A stretch of 64,000 nucleotides of DNA from NCBI GenBank assembly GCA_963736855.1, contig CAVTQK010000015.1, positions 64,001 through 128,000 on the forward strand. The letters run 5' to 3'. This document shows, piece after piece, positions 9,770-18,924 of the stretch (positions are counted from its first letter, which is position 1; the number at the start of each line of letters is the position of its first letter). The notes under the pieces are model-generated. The model searched no databases, was not told the origin of the DNA, and saw only the letters and a list, made by a program, of their open reading frames with translations. The position numbers and the translations under genes were made by a program. The stretch is from an uncultured delta proteobacterium (GTDB lineage: Bacteria > Desulfobacterota > Desulfobacteria > Desulfobacterales > UBA2156).

Positions 9770-12700
9770 TCAGACCAGCGCTTCCCGGACCTTGCGGGCG
9801 ATGGACTCCAGGAAAAACGGTTTTTCAATAAACTGAACGCCTTCATCCAATACGCCTTGATGTGCGATGACGTTGGCCGTGTAACCGGACATGAACAAAA
9901 CTTTGATCTCCGGCTTCAGAAGTTTGATCTTTTCAGCCAACTCCTTTCCACTCATCAGCGGCATCACCACATCGGTTATGAGAAGATGAATCGGATCCGA
10001 AGTCTCCTGCACCCGTTCGATGGCTTCATTGCTGGTGTCGGTTGCAACGACATTGTAACCGAGCTTCTTCAGCATGGCTTGCCCCATAGCCAGAATCCCG
10101 GGATCGTCTTCCACCAGGAGAATCGTTTCCCCTTTCCCCCGGGGATATTCATTTGGTTTTGCATCCGGTTCCTTTCCGGCCTGCCCTTCATATCGGGGAA
10201 TGTAAATCTTAAACGTGGTCCCTTGTCCGGGTTCGCTGTAAACATTGATGAACCCGTTATTCTGTTTGACGATGCCGAAAACCGTAGCCAGTCCCAACCC
10301 GGTCCCCTTCCCCACTTCTTTGGTGGTGAAAAACGGCTCGAAAAGTCGCGACTGCGTTTCCTGATCCATGCCGCCCCCGTCGTCGCTCACCCCCAGCATG
10401 ACGTACTGACCTGGGATAAAACCGACATGATCCTTGCAATACGCCTCGTCTAAAATCACATTTTTCGTCTCGATGGTGACCTTCCCCGCACCTGAAATGG
10501 CGTCACGGGCATTGACACAGAGATTGGCCAGCATCTGATCAATCTGGGCCGGATCCATCTTCACCATCCATAAATCCGCATCCGGCTTCCATAACAGATC
10601 GATGTCCTCGCCGATGAGCCGCCGGAGCATCTTAAGCATCCCCTCTAATGTATCGTTGAGATCCAGTGCTTTCGGCGCGATGGTCTGCTTCCGGGCAAAG
10701 GCCAGAAGCTGCCGCGTCAGATCCGCCGACCGTCGCGCCGCCTTTTCGATTTCCTCAAGGTCTGTATAAAACCGATTCCCCGGCTTCAAGTCCAAAAGCA
10801 TCAGTTCCGCACGGCCCAGAATTACTCCCAGCATATTGTTGAAATCGTGCGCCACACCCCCTGCCAGACGCCCCACCGACTCCATCTTTTGGGCTTGAAT
10901 CAGCTGATCCTGTAACTTTTTCTGCTCGGCCTCCGCAATTTTACGGTCCCGGATATCCCGGAAAAAGCCCACCAGGGCTTCCTTTTTCCCGAACAGGGTC
11001 AATGCGGCATAGATCTCGATGGGAATCTCATCCCCGTCCTTTGACACGATAGAGATTTCAACAGGTTTTGGTATAATCTCGCCTGACAGCCGTCGCCGGT
11101 ATCGAATCCTCCCCTCTTCCTGATCCGCCGGAGCGAGAAGGTCAAGCCAGGAGGTTTTTTCCAGGATGTGTTTCGGTAAGCCTGTGAGCCGCTCCACTTC
11201 CTCATTTGAAAAAATAATGGCAGCGTCGATACCCTCCTGATCCTGAAGCACAATCACACCCTGTCTTGCAACACCGGCGGCATCGAATAGGGTCCTGTAT
11301 CTTGCCTCGCTCTCTTCCAGCGCCTCCTCCGTACGCTTGCGTTCTGTAATGTCATTGATGGTGCCCATAAGATAAAGCGGCCTGCCTTCATTATCCCGAC
11401 GCAGCGCCACGCTCACTTCGGCCCAGACGATGGACCCGTCTTTATGCATATATCTTTTGACATATTGTTCTGTTTCTTTTTCACCGGATAAAAGCGAATC
11501 AACGATCCGTTGAGTTGCTTCGACGTCATACGGATGCGTGACCTCCTGCCATTTCAGGCTCGGGCGTTCCGCTTCCGAATATCCCAGCATTTTGTAAAAA
11601 GCATTATTGGCGTTAATCTCGCCCGTGGGCAACGTAATGCTTTTCCCAATCGGCGAGTACTCGTACACATACTTAAATTTGTCTTCGCTCTCTTTGAGTG
11701 CCTCTTCCGCCCTTTTGTGGCTGATGATTTCCCATGTCACATCGGCGATATAGGAAACAATCTCCGAATCTTTCTCGGTGTAGTCGGCGGCTTTATTCCC
11801 CACCCCCAGGATGGCGACGACCCTGCCTTTCCGCATCACGGGGACCACCAGTTCCCGCACCACCGGGGTGTGCCCTTCGGGCATTCCCTTTTTGTGCGGA
11901 AGGGATGCATAGTCGTTATGGATGACCGGTTTTTTCTGATACACGCAGTCCGTCCAGACCCCGGCCCGGTCAATGCCGTAGTGCATCCCTTTCCCCTTGG
12001 CCCGGCAGAATTCCTTGAGGGTACGGGTGGACCATGCTTGAAGAGAAAGGGTTTTCTGGTCGGCTTCCACGAAATGATAAAACCCGATGGGGCTTTCTAC
12101 GATGGCGCTCACGTCATCCAGGGCACAGGTCATCAGCTCATCCAGCGTGTGCTCTGCGGCGTATCCGATAAGCTTAAGGCGAGTTTCCATCAGCCTCTGG
12201 GACAGACGATCTTTACTCTGATCCCGAAAAACCAGGACCACGCCGATAATTTTCCCCTGGTCGTCCCGAACAGGGGCACCGCTGTCGGCGATGGGAATTT
12301 CCTTTCCGTCTCTGGCGATCAACAGGGTATGGTTGGCCAAACCTACTACCATACCTTCCTTGAGAACCCGTGCCACAGGATCTTCCGCCGGTTTGCGCGT
12401 TTCCTCGTTGATGATGCAAAAAACCACGTCCGATCCTTTTCCCAGGGCTTCCTTCTCTTTCCATCCGGTGAGCGTTTCCGCAATCGGGTTCATGAGTTCA
12501 ACTCGGCCTTTTTCATCCGTGGCGATCACCGCATCACCGATGGCTTTGAGGGTCACGGTCTGCTTTTCTGCGGCGGTGCGCAATGCGGCTTCCGAGTGAT
12601 AGAGCGATTTGTAGTGGGCCTTGAGATTTCGCTGCCATGCAAGCAGTCCTGCCGTACCCGCAAGCGCGACGGCACCCAGCATCAGCAGGAGGATCAGCGC

Positions 12701-13597
12701 CGATCGGAATCGCCAACCCGAGAACGCCTCAACTGCGTCCATCTTGGATACCATGAACCATGGAGTATATGGGATGGGAAGCATCGCCGCCACAACCTCT
12801 ATGCCGCGATAGTCCTTCCCCTCCATGATTCCGATTTTCCCCTTTACAACCATGGCTGCGGGAAGATCGGAGCGATTCAAGGGGATCCGGAGTTTCAACG
12901 CCGTATCCTTTTGGTGGCGCAGTTCGTTTAAAAAAAGGACATCGTCCCCGTCCTTTTGAACCAGAAGCGTTTCGGCGGTTTGGGATGGGGTGGGCCAGGA
13001 CTGGATGAGAGGATATAAAAACCGTGAGGCATCACATATCAATATCACGGCTCCGATGGGCGTTGGGTCGCCTTGTTGATTCAACAGGGGAGCGACCACG
13101 GAGATGTGGGGATGCGGGTATTCAGTATCTATGTGCAGCGGCGTCAAGACCGGTTTGCCCGAAGCGATGGCAATCTCAAAGGCGGCGGCAAACCCTTCGT
13201 GAAATTCCGTTTTTTTGCCCAGACTCAGCCGCACCCGTTTTTGAAGGTCCGCCAGAAGGATGTCCGAGTAAACATTCCGTTCCTGCATCGTCTTAAATCG
13301 TCGAAGAATCTCGGAGGCTTCATGCCCGTTGGACCCGGCTAAAAAGCGTTTCACGGACTCGATGAGGGCGCGCCGCTCCATCAGGATGGCGGCATCGGCC
13401 AGCCGTTCCGCCCGCCAATCGGCGATCTGTCGGACTTTGAGTTCGGCTATGGACCAGAGGTGCGCCTCCACCTCCTTTCGCTGATGTTTGTACTGATCCC
13501 TGAAAAACCAGACGCCGCCGGCAAGAAGGGCAAGAATCATTCCTGCAAGACCGACTTTTATCCATAGGGGAAATGCCTTTTCCCTGACTTGATCCAT
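9770..13597 (-). CDS. Hybrid sensor histidine kinase (2 TM, periplasmic sensor, PAS, GAF, PAS, PAS, HisKA, HATPase, REC)
   Basis: GGVAHDFNN, NARDA, FFTTKEVGKGTGLGL, C-terminal LLVEDD...TDVVMP. Confidence 0.95.
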   Translation of the reverse strand: MDQVREKAFPLWIKVGLAGMILALLAGGVWFFRDQYKHQRKEVEAHLWSIAELKVRQIADWRAERLADAAILMERRALIESVKRFLAGSNGHEASEILRRFKTMQERNVYSDILLADLQKRVRLSLGKKTEFHEGFAAAFEIAIASGKPVLTPLHIDTEYPHPHISVVAPLLNQQGDPTPIGAVILICDASRFLYPLIQSWPTPSQTAETLLVQKDGDDVLFLNELRHQKDTALKLRIPLNRSDLPAAMVVKGKIGIMEGKDYRGIEVVAAMLPIPYTPWFMVSKMDAVEAFSGWRFRSALILLLMLGAVALAGTAGLLAWQRNLKAHYKSLYHSEAALRTAAEKQTVTLKAIGDAVIATDEKGRVELMNPIAETLTGWKEKEALGKGSDVVFCIINEETRKPAEDPVARVLKEGMVVGLANHTLLIARDGKEIPIADSGAPVRDDQGKIIGVVLVFRDQSKDRLSQRLMETRLKLIGYAAEHTLDELMTCALDDVSAIVESPIGFYHFVEADQKTLSLQAWSTRTLKEFCRAKGKGMHYGIDRAGVWTDCVYQKKPVIHNDYASLPHKKGMPEGHTPVVRELVVPVMRKGRVVAILGVGNKAADYTEKDSEIVSYIADVTWEIISHKRAEEALKESEDKFKYVYEYSPIGKSITLPTGEINANNAFYKMLGYSEAERPSLKWQEVTHPYDVEATQRIVDSLLSGEKETEQYVKRYMHKDGSIVWAEVSVALRRDNEGRPLYLMGTINDITERKRTEEALEESEARYRTLFDAAGVARQGVIVLQDQEGIDAAIIFSNEEVERLTGLPKHILEKTSWLDLLAPADQEEGRIRYRRRLSGEIIPKPVEISIVSKDGDEIPIEIYAALTLFGKKEALVGFFRDIRDRKIAEAEQKKLQDQLIQAQKMESVGRLAGGVAHDFNNMLGVILGRAELMLLDLKPGNRFYTDLEEIEKAARRSADLTRQLLAFARKQTIAPKALDLNDTLEGMLKMLRRLIGEDIDLLWKPDADLWMVKMDPAQIDQMLANLCVNARDAISGAGKVTIETKNVILDEAYCKDHVGFIPGQYVMLGVSDDGGGMDQETQSRLFEPFFTTKEVGKGTGLGLATVFGIVKQNNGFINVYSEPGQGTTFKIYIPRYEGQAGKEPDAKPNEYPRGKGETILLVEDDPGILAMGQAMLKKLGYNVVATDTSNEAIERVQETSDPIHLLITDVVMPLMSGKELAEKIKLLKPEIKVLFMSGYTANVIAHQGVLDEGVQFIEKPFFLESIARKVREALV

Positions 13598-14085
13598 AGC
13601 AGACGCTCCGTTTGTCTATTCTCTTTCTTTCAAGTTGTTTTCCGTATCATGTAAGCGGTGGTAAGACCGGACGATGTTTCAGCGAATCCAATCTAATGCG
13701 ACGGTCTTTTTCCGCCTTAAAGGATGGAGTTTTATTCCGGCAAGACATGTTCCGTGGGGTTTCTACATCGGCACTTGGATAGACCCTTGAACCCTTTAAA
13801 TTAATCTCCTCAGTAACTTTTTTCATTGGTGTCGTTACTTCGTTCAACAGGAGCCGTCTGAAAAATACGGGCATTTTCTCGAAAGGGTATTGGAGTGCAG
13901 GCGGCATCAGATGCTTCGAATCGCTTTTATCCGATTGAAAAAAGAATTGTTGGGTTGGGTTGAACCTGCGATTAATGATTTCTACAGTCAATTCATCTCA
14001 AATTATGCGCATTAATAAAATATAAAGCAGGTTGTGAAAAAAAGCTAATGGAAGAGCATATATTAACTACTATAGCATGTCAAAT

Positions 14086-14242
14086 TTGATGGCTTCGTAA
14101 AAAGTCCATCTGCTGCGTTGCGCTGCATCCTTCGTCATTGCGGCGTACCCATATATACGCCTCATTCCTCAGGATTTGCGCGCCTTGCATCTGAAGCTTT
14201 TTACTTTGCCATCCTAATTTTGAGTTTTTACGATTTCATCAA
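14086..14242 (+). repeat. MITE-like palindromic element, type A (157 bp)
   Basis: TIRs TTGATGGCTTCGTAAAAAGTC / GAGTTTTTACGATTTCATCAA. Near-identical inverted copies at 54672-54828 and 57152-57308. Confidence 0.9.
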
Positions 14243-14360
14243 ATTTGATTATCAAACCGCTTGCAAGAGGCTCTTCAATAGTATTGAAATAAAAATTCGG
14301 AGCGTATAGAGGATTTTTAAGAGGAATTCATGTTTCTATTGGTATATGAAAGGAGGGGCC

Positions 14361-14666
14361 ATGCTTTCCAAAGAACAAAACGACGCTTACAGGACATTTT
14401 ACCAATCGGCACGGCAAAATCCAACCCTGGATCCCAAGACCACCCTCCTGGTGCATGTGGCCACGGCCATGGCCATCGGGTGTTATCCCTGAGTACGCAA
14501 CTACCTTGGCGTGGCCAAGGCTGAGGGGATAACTGAAAAGGAGATCGGTGCGGTGCAGGCCATCGTGATGGCGGTTTCTGCAGGGAGGATAAATGCCCAG
14601 CTTCGAGAGATCCGGGAAATCGATGAGGAGGCTCGAAAGAAGGAGATGTCCCAGATCACCCCGTAG
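14361..14666 (+). CDS. Carboxymuconolactone decarboxylase/AhpD-like protein, predicted selenoprotein (CYPU; TGA 14490-14492)
   Basis: Not in the ORF track. RBS AGGAGG before ATG 14361; MLSKEQ...LDPKTTLLVHVATAMAIGCYP-U-VRNYLGVAKAEGITEKEI...QITP*, 101 aa. Confidence 0.88.
14504..14520 (+). promoter_or_regulatory. Candidate bacterial SECIS hairpin
   Basis: CCTTGGC-GTG-GCCAAGG, a perfect 7-bp stem starting 11 nt after the TGA. Confidence 0.7.
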
Positions 14667-14856
14667 TTTCGAAAATTCCGGAAAGTGGGTTTTTTACGCG
14701 CTTAAAACGCTTGTATTTGCGGCGGGAAGTGAAACTCGGGTTTACAGGGCTTGAACCGCTTGATATGGAGGGGGAAAGACAGCCCTGAACTGTTTCTGAT
14801 GACAGGAAGCCCATGCTCGAAGGATCCGTTATTGCTACCAGAAAAGGGGGGTACCC

Positions 14857-15360
14857 ATGTTTGAAAGACGCAAGACCATAAAATCGGAGGAAAACATCGA
14901 ATCGGCGGAAAAACAAGTCGAAATCGAGCCGGTACCGATGGCCCTGAAGGAGGGGAAAACCATCATCGGTGAGCAGATCACCATCGAGGGTGATATCCGC
15001 GGCCAGGAAAATTTAATCATCGAGGGATCGATGAGAGGAAAAATCGCGCTGGAAAAACACCATGTGATGGTTGGCCCCAAAGGTAGATTTGAAGGAGAGA
15101 TACAAGCCGATAATGTGACCATCAGCGGCCATCTGATCGGCAACATTTTCGCCTCCGGGAAGGTCAAAATCACCAAAGAGGCCGATTTCAGCGGAGAAAT
15201 TAAAGCTAAAAGCATCGCGGTGGAAGATGGGGCCTTTCTCAAAGCGATCATCGAGTTGGAAAAAGACACCAAAAAAGTGATTCCGGCTATTGGAAAAGCC
15301 GCCCGTGAGGAGACTAAGGCGACCATCACCCCGTCGGTGGCTGCCGGCAGAGCAAATTGA
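14857..15360 (+). CDS. Bactofilin (polymer-forming cytoskeletal protein)
   Basis: TIIGEQITIEGDI...IEG...GEIQADNVTISG beta-helix repeats. Confidence 0.92.
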   Translation: MFERRKTIKSEENIESAEKQVEIEPVPMALKEGKTIIGEQITIEGDIRGQENLIIEGSMRGKIALEKHHVMVGPKGRFEGEIQADNVTISGHLIGNIFASGKVKITKEADFSGEIKAKSIAVEDGAFLKAIIELEKDTKKVIPAIGKAAREETKATITPSVAAGRAN

Positions 15361-15986
15361 GCCTGCCCGATGGTGAACGCCTGATGGACGACTTATCGTC
15401 CGGGCCCGATACATCCGTGCACACCAGTATGATCCTGCAGCTCTTCGTGGAACTGTTGGGTCAAAGAAAAAAAGTCTGTCTTCTTGATTTGGGGCCCATC
15501 ATCGGCACCAATATCGCATTTTTTTCCCATCGGGCCAGTCGACTTTGCGTCTGCGACCTGTTCGGTCGTTTAGACCAGGCGCTGAGTCGAAAGCGCCCCC
15601 TGGACGAGGCTTGGCGGAATTTGAATTATCCGCCGGCGCACTTTGACGGCATCCTGTTGTGGGATTTCCTGGATCACCTGGAAAATGCCTGGGCATTGCG
15701 CATGGTGCAAGTGATGAGCCGGTGGATCAAGCCTGAGGGGTTGGTGGTCGTGCTCTCCGGCGACCAGCAAAGGCCTCAGACCTCGGTGACCGCCTTTGGT
15801 GTTGATGATGACTTTCGGCTTCAGGTGAAGTCGATCCCCCGATTGCACCTTCCGGTCTACCCGAGGCAGAACAGGGAGATCATGGCGTTGATGCATGCCT
15901 TTTCATCCATCAAATCCTTCATTTATCGAAACGGAATCCGGGAATACCTGTTCCGGTTTGAGAACGCTGCAAAACGCCCAATTTAA
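15357..15986 (+). CDS. Class I SAM-dependent methyltransferase-like protein
   Basis: LLDLGP, FDGILLWDFLDHL, IKPEG. Overlaps the bactofilin stop. Confidence 0.7.
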   Translation: MSLPDGERLMDDLSSGPDTSVHTSMILQLFVELLGQRKKVCLLDLGPIIGTNIAFFSHRASRLCVCDLFGRLDQALSRKRPLDEAWRNLNYPPAHFDGILLWDFLDHLENAWALRMVQVMSRWIKPEGLVVVLSGDQQRPQTSVTAFGVDDDFRLQVKSIPRLHLPVYPRQNREIMALMHAFSSIKSFIYRNGIREYLFRFENAAKRPI

Positions 15987-16049
15987 GACACGGAATGGAA
16001 TCGGGATTCCATTGCCGTTACGGGATAGCTTAAACCGTGAGGGTAAGGT

Positions 16050-16817
16050 TCACAGGAACCCGCCGAACTCGGCGCGGATCACTTCGTACAATTCGTTTCC
16101 GATGGAAATCCCGAGATCGATGAACTGAGGGCCGTATCGTTTTCCGGTTTGAGTCCGGAAGGTATGCCGGATCCTTTGAATCAGTTCCATGCCTTTAGGA
16201 TAATAGTCGATGAACTGGAGAAGGGGGGTCTTGAAAAAAGATACCATATCCCAGATGGTGTCTGAAAAATTGTCGGGTCCCCATCGGAATTTATCGCTGT
16301 CGTAAAGGCAATCCGCGATCAGGATGCCTTCCGGATCGCGGATGGGAGGACTTTTTTTAAAGGCCTCATGACTGCGTATGGCCCCGCAGATCTGTTCCGT
16401 CTCTTCCTTGGAAAAGGGAAATGCCTTCAGGATCTTCCTGGCGTAAATCGCCCCCTTTGCAGCATGCTCGCGTTGTTTTCGTTTGACGTCATGCAGCAGA
16501 CCGGCACACTGCACGAGGCGGATTTTTCGATGGATCTCCGGTATTGCGTATCCGGCCATGGTCCCTTCGATAATCATCAGAGCGCCGGCGTCCAGTGAGA
16601 CTTTTACGGCATGATTCAGCCCATGGCCTAAATCATTGTCCAGATGCTGTGCCAGGAAATCCAACAGCCGGTAGACGACAGGATCGGCTTTAAAAAGTTT
16701 TTTGGATAACGTATTGGCCTTACGGTAGCGGCGATAGAAATCTGCTTGGGGATGGCGGGATATGATTTCCTTGGCGCGGCTCTGAATCTGCGTGTAAACC
16801 GGATCCATGGGATTCAA
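16050..16817 (-). CDS. HD domain phosphohydrolase
   Basis: GHGLNHAVKV, AGLLHDVKR, HAAKGA, LYDSDK. Confidence 0.85.
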   Translation of the reverse strand: MNPMDPVYTQIQSRAKEIISRHPQADFYRRYRKANTLSKKLFKADPVVYRLLDFLAQHLDNDLGHGLNHAVKVSLDAGALMIIEGTMAGYAIPEIHRKIRLVQCAGLLHDVKRKQREHAAKGAIYARKILKAFPFSKEETEQICGAIRSHEAFKKSPPIRDPEGILIADCLYDSDKFRWGPDNFSDTIWDMVSFFKTPLLQFIDYYPKGMELIQRIRHTFRTQTGKRYGPQFIDLGISIGNELYEVIRAEFGGFL

Positions 16818-16895
16818 AGGTGTGTCATGGGGGGGGAGGGAAGTCCGCGTGCCCGAACAGGCTTTCCTCTTCGTTTTATTATCGATCCAACAGGG

Positions 16896-17396
16896 TTATA
16901 CAGCGGGCAAAGTAAGCTTCGTCTCGCAGACTTTCCACCGACCTTGTTCCCTGACGACTTTAAAGGTCTGATCCAGCGGATAGCTTTCTCCAAGCAAAAA
17001 TATCTGAGCGACCCAGGTGAAGACCGGATGAATCATGCGTTTGCGGGCGCCGGCGATTCGAACGGTAGCGCTATTTTTATCGGTATAGTGAGTGTGGGTT
17101 TCCATATGGACCAGTTTGCTGCGCATATATCCCTTGTCAAATCCTCGCACACGTGCTTCCTCTGATGCCTTGGAAAGGAGTTCGTCGACGATATCCGATT
17201 CCTCGTTCTCCTTGGCCTCGTTGCAAAGAAGCGCGCCCATGGATGGATCCAGCGCATAATATGCTTTTGCAAACTTGACCGCAGCCCGACTTGGGGTATC
17301 CACCTGGTCGGCAAAGACGAACATGACCTGTAAAAACACCGCCAAGATTATTGCCAATACGAATGCGAAGACGTTGCTTTTTTGGGTATCGGTCAT
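16896..17396 (-). CDS. Hypothetical membrane-anchored protein
   Basis: N-terminal hydrophobic helix and GGAGGG RBS. No family recognised. Confidence 0.7.
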   Translation of the reverse strand: MTDTQKSNVFAFVLAIILAVFLQVMFVFADQVDTPSRAAVKFAKAYYALDPSMGALLCNEAKENEESDIVDELLSKASEEARVRGFDKGYMRSKLVHMETHTHYTDKNSATVRIAGARKRMIHPVFTWVAQIFLLGESYPLDQTFKVVREQGRWKVCETKLTLPAV

Positions 17397-17638
17397 CGGT
17401 TTCCCTCCCTCACAAGAATACGGATTATAACGGGCTATGGCAAATCAACTCAATCCATTTTTTTACCATAGGGGATACCGGATGACAAGAATTTTTAATC
17501 GAAGTGTTTAATCGGGATTTTTTAATCGGGGCGAGGATTTGTTCCGACACGTTTCTAATCCGAAAGAAACGGCGGCTTTTTTATTGACCCTCAGACTGTT
17601 TTTGATTATTTTGATCGGAAATCCATCCTCACAAAAAC

Positions 17639-18897
17639 CAGTAGTGTCCCAACGTTGAAATTTGAAACTGATGTAACTATATAATATTAAATAAAAATAT
17701 TCTAATTATGACATTTTTCGATTTGAAATTCATTCGGGGAAAATGGGAAGTTTCTCCATTATTCAAGGAGGAACAAACCCATGAATTCCGGGAAAACCAT
17801 TTTTGCCCAAGTGATGGATTTTCTACCGTCCTACGAATTTCATCGATGCGTTCAGCGATACAATGGAAATTACAAAATCAAAAGTTTTTCATGTTGGGAT
17901 CAATTTCCCTGCATGGCTTTTGCCCAGCTCACGTATCGAGAGAGTCTCCGGGATATTCAGGCATGCCTGAGGGCGGCTCAGCCCAGGCTTTATCATCTGG
18001 GCATTCGGGGCAAGGTTTCCCGAAACATCCTGGCCCATGCCAATCAAGTTCGAGACTGGCGGATCTATGCCGATTTTGCGCAGATTCTCATTACCAAAGC
18101 CAGAAAGCTCTATGTCAACGATTCTATCGGCGCGGAATTGGATCAGACCGTTTATACATTGGATTCCACGACGATCAATCTGTATCTTTCTCTTTTCCCT
18201 TGGGCCAAATTCCGGAAAAGAAAAGCGGCGGTGAAGCTGCATACACTTTTGGATTTGCGGGGAAGCATTCCCAGCGTGGTGATCATTACGCCCGGCAAAG
18301 TCAACGATGTAAGAATTGCCAGACTTTACAGAATTCATCAAACCGGCGCTTTCTTTGTTACCCGCTCAAAGGACAACTTCCGATTTTGAAGGCTTTGCTC
18401 CCAAAAAACAGGGTCGGAATCCATCCGATGCGACCAGATCATTGTCGCCCACAATTTTTATACCAAAAAAGATTATCCGGCCAAGATGCGGCGCATCCGG
18501 TACCTGGATGCCGTAACCCAAAAACAGCTCACGTTTTTAACCAACAATCTCTCACTTTCCGCCTTAACCATCGCCGATCTTTATCGGCCCTGATGGCACG
18601 TGGAGTTGTTCTTCAAATAGATCAAACATCACCTGCGCATCAAAGCATTTTACGGCACCACGAAAAATGCGGTCAAAACCCAAATATGGATCGCCATCAC
18701 AGTTTATGTGCTGGTCGCAATTGTGAAAAAGCTTCTCAAATTGAATCAAAGCGTCTAAATCATTTTACAGATTCTGAGCGTGACTCTTTTCGAGAAAACG
18801 CCCATTTTAAAAGCATTCACAGAGATGCCTTACATAAATCAAAATTTACTAGCTGATAAACAATTGAAATTATTTGAATAACATTGGGACACCTATG
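17639..18897 (+). mobile_element. Decayed IS4-family insertion sequence
   Basis: Imperfect TIRs CAGTAGTGTCCCAACGTT / AACATTGGGACACCTATG enclose a transposase pseudogene. Confidence 0.8.
17781..18860 (+). pseudogene. IS4-family transposase (DUF4372 + DDE), frameshifted with in-frame stops
   Basis: MNSGKTIFAQVM...LTYRESLRDI...LDSTTI...KLHTLLDL. Stop at 18389; later fragments (W.VELFFK*IK.HLRIK.FYG) contain stops. Confidence 0.9.
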
Positions 18898-18924
18898 ACG
18901 AAAATCTTTACTTTTGATATCGCG

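Noticed and set aside
11510..12931. 473-aa + strand ORF
   Set aside because: Antisense shadow of the well-supported hybrid kinase.
13647..13991. 114-aa ORF, or a possible c-di-GMP riboswitch (GAAA-containing stem near 13870-13900)
   Set aside because: No protein motif, and the conserved GEMM elements and second stem could not be matched.
14118..14309. Similar short ORFs here and at 54599-54850 and 56959-57330 (..LRHCGVPI..HSSGFARLA..) that look like a small protein family
   Set aside because: They are translations of the type A repeat; starts and stops differ between copies.
14330..14524. 64-aa track ORF
   Set aside because: Overlaps, in another frame, the better-supported CMD selenoprotein that has the RBS.
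17708..18856. 382-aa ORF spanning the IS4 element
   Set aside because: Alternate frame of the decayed transposase, with no recognisable motifs.
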